Shown here: positions 57,344 through 64,000 of the stretch, in pieces
Position numbering within the stretch: position 1 is the first letter of the stretch
Layout of the letters: the number at the start of each line of letters is the position of its first letter
DNA from: Octopus sinensis
Lineage: Eukaryota
Assembly: GCF_006345805.1 (NCBI RefSeq)
Contig: NC_043015.1
Coordinates: 53,506,001 to 53,570,000, forward strand
Length of the DNA: 64,000 bases
Reading direction: 5' to 3'
Notes under the pieces: model-generated
What the model was told of the DNA's origin: nothing
The model's input: the letters and a program-made list of their open reading frames with translations, nothing else
Databases searched by the model: none
Translations under genes and position numbers: made by a program

Positions 57344-58790
57344 TATGCACTTATAGTTGCACACGGTCTCTTTCATTATCGGCAATATCTTCTTCTATTA
57401 TCGTAATTTGGAATACCGGAACACTGGAACTTTGCAACATTACAACATTGGAATATCCAGGAAAAAAAATCTTTAAAGAAAAGAATAAATTTAATACATG
57501 GAATAATGGTAGAACAGAGTGGAAATATCGCAAATGGCATCTTTGTCGTAAATGTGTACCATTACCTTGCTAGTACCATGACGAAGATTTATCTAGATAT
57601 ACCGTAAGATAACCACGTATATTCATCATACATGAAATGATATGGTATTTTCTAGATGATATCAAGCAAAGCTTATTGAGAACGCGGCTGATGGTAACAT
57701 CCCAAGATGCAGGCGAAAATATTAGATATCTGTGTATGGATAAATTGACAGATGATAATCTGTTCAGACTTTTGCACAACGGATTATGAGAGTCATATAC
57801 ATAATTATCGTATAATCTTAGATTAGGCATCAGACTAGACATCTGCCATATTTGTTAGCTTTTTGTTGGTTGTTTATTTAAAATTCTTATCGCTTTATTT
57901 ATTTATTTATTGTATGAGATCATTTTGTGAATTATAGCGTCGTTCGGCACAATGTTACAACTGCTCTGATGGATGTTTGACTGTTACTACAATGAACAGA
58001 TAAACAGTGCGCAAAGACAGGTTCTGTAACTTGAAGCATCACCACAAATGTTCTTAAAGCACGTTGTTTTACTTTTACACAGAAATGATTATATACTTCA
58101 TTTATACATAGATACATACATATGTGCATACAAACGTGCATGCATACGTGCACTCATACTTACATATATACATATATATGTATATATATATGTATGTATA
58201 TATGTATGTATATATATATATAAATATATATGCGTGTGTTTGCGTGTGCGAGTCTATGTGTGTGTATGAGTGTGTATAAGTATATGTATTTATATATGTG
58301 TATATACATATATACACTCACACATGCACATATATATACACATACATACATATACATATATATGAAGTAAACAGAACAAGAGGAGACACATGGGGTGTAA
58401 AAGTCGCTGAAGAGGTCACAGGTCTGTCATGAAAGATTTCCAGACAATAGGCTTAAGATAGAGTAAGAACAACAACATTCGAGTAAAGAGCGAATATGCA
58501 GTGCGTGTGTTTTTTCGGCAACAAAAACAAAATGACACTCCAACATCTATTTCAATACACGATTTAATATCAGGAATTTCGCAAAACAAATAAATATGTT
58601 CTGTCAGTCTTCCTTTTATACTTTTAATCGTTTCAGACATTTAGCTGCGGCCATATATACATATACATACATACAAAAATACATACATATATATATAAAT
58701 ATAAATATGTATGTATATATATATATTGATAAAACGGTAAGATAACAAAAGAAAGAAAGAGACCTCAATATTATGTAAATAGAGGAAATT

Positions 58791-59039
58791 TATCTATACA
58801 ATATGTTACATTACTCGGTAGTCAAGATAAAACTCTGAGTTTCAGATGCCGAAGTGGAAATCCACAACACCATCTCTTCGGTTATCTGGCTATTTGAAAA
58901 CGTTATTTTTTCATAATTTTTTCATAACGTTTTCAAATAGCCAGATAACCGATGAGATGGTGTTGTGGATTTCCACTTCGGCATCTGAAACTCAGAGTTT
59001 CATCTTGACTACCGAGTAATGTAACATATTGTATAGATA
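58791..59039. repeat. Near-perfect palindrome (~115 bp arms, 17 nt spacer) with an HHR-like motif in each arm (58825-58887 minus, 58943-59005 plus)
   Basis: Arms 58791-58906 and 58924-59039; AGATAA-CCGA(A/T)GA-GATG...CATCT-GAAA-CTC(A)GAG-TT-T(T/C)ATCT. Confidence 0.85.
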
Positions 59040-59067
59040 TGTATATATATATTTCCGCTATCCCATC

Positions 59068-61982
59068 ATGCCGGATCCTAGGTCCTACCTCCTCACCCTC
59101 CATCACCGTTTGAAGGATCATCTACGTTCGCTTCCTGTATATTGCCTTCAGCCGTCCGTTAATCTCTCTCTACTTCTTTTTAAAAAAACCCGCTTCTCTA
59201 GCCATGTCTCTTTCCTAAGCCGCTGCCTACATCACCGACTCATCCTAAAGGTTTCCGCCTCCACTTCCACCCTGCTCTCCACTCGGATTCTTCCATCTAC
59301 CCATACTCCGCACCACATCTTACCGCCTTATGCGGGCCACCATTCGCTCCAATCTCTCCAAACTACATGCCATCAACCGCCTTCTTCCTCCTGCTTTCTC
59401 CACCTTCTTCTCCTCTCTGCCGCCTCTCTATGCTCCAAACACGCTACGCTTCATTATCCATTTGAATCAACTCTTCCATCAATTTTTTTCTGATACCAAA
59501 CTTCGTAAATTCCAATCACTCTTCCATTCCACCCTACCCGACGCCACTACCCCAACTCCTCCACCACCCTTCTCCCCTCCCAATAGGCTCCATCCACCCA
59601 CACCTAACCCCACTGCCCCTCCCTACAACCCCTTCTCCCCTTCCGTTAGGCTCCATCCACCTACACCTACCCTACTGCCCCGCCCACCACCCCCACACAC
59701 ACCTCCCCAATCCCTCCCCCTCAGACCTCCACGAGACCTACCACCCCTCCTACTTCTATTCCACCCACCCCTTCTCCACTTCCGTCTGTTGTTACCATTC
59801 CCCCCGATCTTCCCCTCTCTGCGGCTGAACGCTCCGTCCTTGGTAGGGGTCTGCGTTTCATCCCCCTCACTCCATCCTGTAAGGAATTCCAGACGCGAGT
59901 TGATGTCCACAGCTTTGTGCGCCGTGTCCGGTTGGGTGCGCATTACCACGACTCGCCACCCACACCCCACGAAGAGGACGACTGCTTCACTGGCCTGGGC
60001 CGCCGACCATCCCCGTGGACGCCTGCCCCTGGCCAGATCCTAGCAGTGGATCTTTTCGCGGGCGCTTGTCAGCGTGCATTGGAGCGGTTCAACTTCTCCA
60101 GGCGCCAACGCCGCCTCAACATCTCCTCGGCTGAGCTCTTGGCTCTTCGTTCCCTCCAGCGGCGCGCTGACATTATCATCAAACCGGCTGACAAGGGTGG
60201 AGCTGTAGTGGTGTGGCGCGCGGACCTCTATAGGGCCGAGGCTTTCCGCCAACTCAATGACACCTCCTTCTATTCCCCTCTGCCCTCTAACCCCACACGT
60301 AGCTACCAACAGACGGTATCCTCTACTGTCCAAGACCTCATCTCGTCCTCCCGTCTCCCCCGCACCGCATCCAACCTAATTGTGCGAACCCCACGTACCC
60401 CCACCATTTACTTCCTCCCCAAAATCCACAAACCCAACAACCCTGGCCGCCCCATCGTCTCTGCCTGTAACTGCCCCACGGAGCTCATCTCTAAATACCT
60501 CGACCGTGTCCTTGCCCCCCTAGTGGCATCTCTTCCCTCCCACATCCACGATACCAACCATGCTCTCCGGCTTTTCAACTCTTTCTCCTTTCCTCCCGGC
60601 TCCTCCAAAATCCTTTTTACTATGGACATCCAAAGCCTCTATACTGTTATCCCTCACCACGAAGGACTGCAGGCCCTTCGACACTTTCTTGACCTCCGCT
60701 CTAACCCTGTACCTGACACCTCCACACTCATTCGTCTGGCCGAACTTGTCCTTACTCTGAACTGCTTCTCGTTCGCGGGCGAGTTCTACCATCAGTCTCG
60801 GGAGTGGCCATGGGAACGCGAATGGGCCCCAACTATGCGAACCTGTTCGTTGGCTATGTTGAGGCCCAAATATTCTCTAATTTCACTGGTCCCACTCCTG
60901 AACTATATGGTCGTTATATTGACGACATTATCGGTGCCACCTCACTCTCCCGCGAACATCTAGATTCCTTCCTCCTCTCTTTCGTCCAATCTTTCCATCC
61001 AGCCCTCCACTTCACTTCCACTATCTCCAACACCTCTGTCTCCTTCCTCGACATTTCGGTTAGCATTCTTCACTCCACTCTTACCACCTCCATTCACTAC
61101 ACACACACACACTCAGACTCACACTCATACCTCAACTTCTCTTCCTCCCCCCCACCAGAACACACCAAGCTTTCCATCCCCTATTCCCAATTCCTCCGTC
61201 TACGTAGGCTCTGTAGTGACGACCATGACTTTGAGACTCAGTCTCAACGTATGGCTCACCACTTCACCTACGTGGATACCCCCTCACCACTATCCACACC
61301 GCCCTTGCCAGAGCACGGTCCGTGGACCGTGTATCTGCTCTCTCTCCCCGAACCCGCCCTGTAGTCTCCGCCTCCCTTTCCCCCTCACCACCACCCCACG
61401 ACCCTACGTCTCCAACGCACCATTCTTCGAGCTTTCCGTCATCTCCAGTCCGACCCGTCCACTTCACACCTCTTCCCTAACCGACCCCTCCCCTCTTTCA
61501 AACGAGCCCACAACCTTCGAGACCTTTTGGTCCATAGCTCCTTCCCTGACCCTACCTCCCAACCCGGCTCGTTCCCCTGCTCCCGCCCACGTTGCCGCAC
61601 TTGCCCTTACCTCTCCAACACCACCCGCCTCACTAGCACCCACCATCGACCCTATCCCATCATCCACTCCTTCACCTGCACCTCCAGCAATATTATCTAT
61701 TGCATCTCTTGCTCTCTCTGCAATTCCTTGTACATCGGACAAACGGGACGCCGCTTGGCTGACCGGTTCGCGGAACACCTTCGTGACATCCACCTTGCGA
61801 ACGACACACCGGTCTCACGCCATTTCCGCTCCACCGGTCACTCCTTGCAACACCTATCTGTGTTCGGTTTGTCCTTACACAGAGGCCATCCGGATTCCCG
61901 TTTGCGCCGTGAACAGGAATTAATCTTCTCTCTTCGCTCTTATACGCCATTTGGTCTCAACTCTCCCCCCCCTCCTATCTAA
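59068..61982 (+). pseudogene. Penelope-like element polyprotein (N-terminal domain, RT, Cys linker, GIY-YIG endonuclease), split by several frameshifts
   Basis: HVSFLSRC..LI/KG; KPADKGGAVVVW; YFLPKIHKPNNPGRPIVS; TMDIQSLYTVIPH; AMGTRMGPNYANLF; RYIDDI; FLD; CSRPRCRTC; NIIYCISCSLCNSLYIGQTGRRLADRFAEH; stop at 61982. Confidence 0.93.
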
Positions 61983-62354
61983 CCCCCCTCTCCCCCTCCT
62001 CACCTATCCTTTCTCCCCCCCGACCCCTACTTTCTCAGTCCTTCATCCTTTCACCCCACCCCCTACTCCCCTCCCTTCTTCCCTCTTTCTCCCTCCCTCT
62101 TCCCCTTCCCTCTGCTCCCTCACTCCCTCTCTCCCCTCCCCTTCCTCTCTCCCCCCTCCCCTCTTTCCTCCTTCATCCCCCTCCTCACCTCCTTCTCCCC
62201 CATCGTCTCCTCTTCTTCCCCCTCTTCTTCCCCTCCCCTTCTCTCCCCCCCCTCTTCTCCCCTCCCCTTCTCTCCCCCCTCTTCTCCCCTCCCCCCCCCC
62301 TTTTCTCCTCACTACACCACATGACTTTACACATCACATCACATATGATGTGCC

Positions 62355-62598
62355 ATACTAATACACCACACACTAATAAACATACTAATACGTACTAATA
62401 CATACTAGTACATACTAATACTTACACCAACCCTATACATACACACGTCCAGACCCCGCATACGCACTTATACTCTCTCACACACACACACACACCTATA
62501 CATACCAATACGTACTAATACATACTAATACATACTAATACATACACCAACCCCATACATACGCACGTCCAGACCAATCTTACGCACTAATACTCTCT

Positions 62599-62633
<35 letters not shown>

Positions 62634-62700
62634 GTATACATACTAATACATACACCAACCCTATACATACACACATCCAGACCCCTCCCACGCACTTTTA
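62355..62700. repeat. Minisatellite in the PLE 3'UTR (CATACTAATA units within ~3 copies of a ~110-120 bp repeat)
   Basis: CATACTAATAC.TACACCAACCC.ATACATAC.CAC.TCCAGACC recurs near 62411, 62531 and 62639. Confidence 0.8.
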
Positions 62701-62868
62701 GCTGGTCACTCAACCCTTTTATCAACCCTATTATCTCCCCTTATTTCGCTCTCGCGTCTCATGTTTGATCTTTGACCTCTGGCCGAAATCAGATCGCCAT
62801 GTTGATTCGTTAGCTACTGCACGCATTTTTTTTCTCTCCTTCTTTCTGTGTTTTTCTCTCTCTGTGTA

Positions 62869-62906
62869 TCTTTCTGTTGAAGAGCGTAGGCTCGAAACGT
62901 TAAAGA
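62869..62906 (+). ncRNA. Minimal type I hammerhead motif, pLTR copy 1
   Basis: TCTTT-CTGTTGA-A-GAGC(GTAG)GCTC-GAAA-CG-TT-AAAGA. Confidence 0.78.
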
Positions 62907-63003
62907 CTTGTTTTATTTATATTCCTGAGCGCCATACTAATACAATTGTTCGTTTGTCTTGCACCTGCCTTCGTCTTTTGTTTATTTTCATAAAGCTTCC
63001 CGT

Positions 63004-63037
<34 letters not shown>

Positions 63038-63115
63038 ATATATATATATTCGACATGATAGATCATTAGCCACTACACATCCTTTATTTTCTCTCCTTAT
63101 TTCTTTTTGTGTTCC

Positions 63116-63149
63116 TTTCTGTGGAAGAGCGTAGGCTCGAAACGTTAAA
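63116..63149 (+). ncRNA. Minimal type I hammerhead motif, pLTR copy 2
   Basis: TTT-CTGTGGA-A-GAGC(GTAG)GCTC-GAAA-CG-TT-AAA. Confidence 0.72.
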
Positions 63150-63387
63150 AACTTATACACTTCCTGAGCATTACACTAATACATCGGTTTATTGTCTACA
63201 CCACCTCACTTCGTCTTTTGCTTTTTGTGAATTCTCCCTATATATACATACATACTACACACACACACACATATATATATGCATACACACACACACACAC
63301 ACGCACACACGCACACACACACACACGCACACACGCACACACACACACATACACACACACAAACACACACACACATACACACACACC

Positions 63388-63445
<58 letters not shown>

Positions 63446-63589
63446 TATATATATATTAAGAGCACGGACTACTAACCCCAAGATCCCGAGTTCGATTCAA
63501 GCCAGTCACCTGAATAATAATAATAACAATAATAATAATAATACTCCAGATCGGGAGTACAACACTCTACCAAATAGTAATAAATATCC

Positions 63590-63625
<36 letters not shown>

Positions 63626-63680
63626 CAACAACATCGAAAAATAACTTCGGAATGAGAACCCAGGTTCGAAATTTCCCAAA

Positions 63681-63727
63681 GACACCTGATGAAGACATGG
63701 AGGATATATCAGCCGAAACATTGTGTT
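63681..63727 (+). ncRNA. Minimal hammerhead motif with degenerate stems II and III, in a short element following (AAT)n
   Basis: GACAC-CTGATGA-A-GACATG...CAGCC-GAAA-CA-TT-GTGTT. Confidence 0.6.
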
Positions 63728-64000
63728 AACAACAAACAAGATGAGAACAAATATCCGCCAAATCTAAATAACGTACATAATTCCTCATCGCTTAAATATA
63801 GAACTGTATTATTGATAAAATAAATTCCAGATGATGTCCGGCATTATAGTAACCAACAATCAAGTAGATAAATAAAGAAACTGCTTCACAGAACAGAAAT
63901 TCTTGACCACAAATGTCTCAATTCAAATCAAACAACACAGAAACCTTAAGCCGTGTCATTCTACTCATCTCCCCGTTGTAGCGAAATCACTTTAATTTTA

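Larger units (their letters stand above)
59054..63240 (+). mobile_element. Penelope-like retroelement (probably Neptune-type) with 3'UTR and two tandem pLTR-like repeats
   Basis: RT-GIY-YIG ORF, polypyrimidine tract, minisatellite, then HHR-bearing repeats at ~62830-63003 and ~63085-63240; bounded by TA repeats. Clade inferred from the Cys-rich RT-EN linker. Confidence 0.85.

Noticed and set aside
57684-57730. CTGATGG...GAAAATATTA hammerhead-like string
   Set aside because: No stem I complementarity and stem II does not close.
58402-58445. CTGAAGA...GAAAGATTTC hammerhead-like string
   Set aside because: Stems I-III all need mismatches or bulges; not distinguishable from chance.
61951-62373. 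Pro/Ser-rich and Gly/Arg-rich ORFs after the PLE stop codon
   Set aside because: They come from the polypyrimidine 3'UTR tract.
62355-62700. Regularly spaced short repeats resembling a CRISPR array
   Set aside because: The spacers are themselves repeated, the context is eukaryotic and there are no cas genes; it is a minisatellite.

Overview
AT-rich, microsatellite-saturated eukaryotic non-coding DNA, most likely from an octopus (inferred from the SINE families and repeat landscape). No host protein-coding gene could be supported, and almost all listed ORFs are translations of simple repeats. The window contains: a young, frameshifted but essentially full-length Penelope-like element (PLE; RT + GIY-YIG, ~59.07-63.24 kb); fragments of Tx1/L1-like, R4/Dong-like (RLE) and RTE-like LINEs; two decayed Tc1/mariner transposons (DD37D and DD41D); MITEs; and several tRNA-derived SINE families. 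The main hidden signal is about 18 hammerhead-ribozyme (HHR) motifs, folded by eye, from about 12 sequence families. They sit mostly in short PLE pLTR/retrozyme-like units inserted in TA-rich microsatellites with inverted or terminally redundant ends. They include a family with a fixed A6->U core change, recurrent U4->C cores, family-specific palindromic stem III sequences and an apparent type II (circularly permuted) HHR. PLE-associated minimal HHRs are known in general; these particular variants and their activity are untested.
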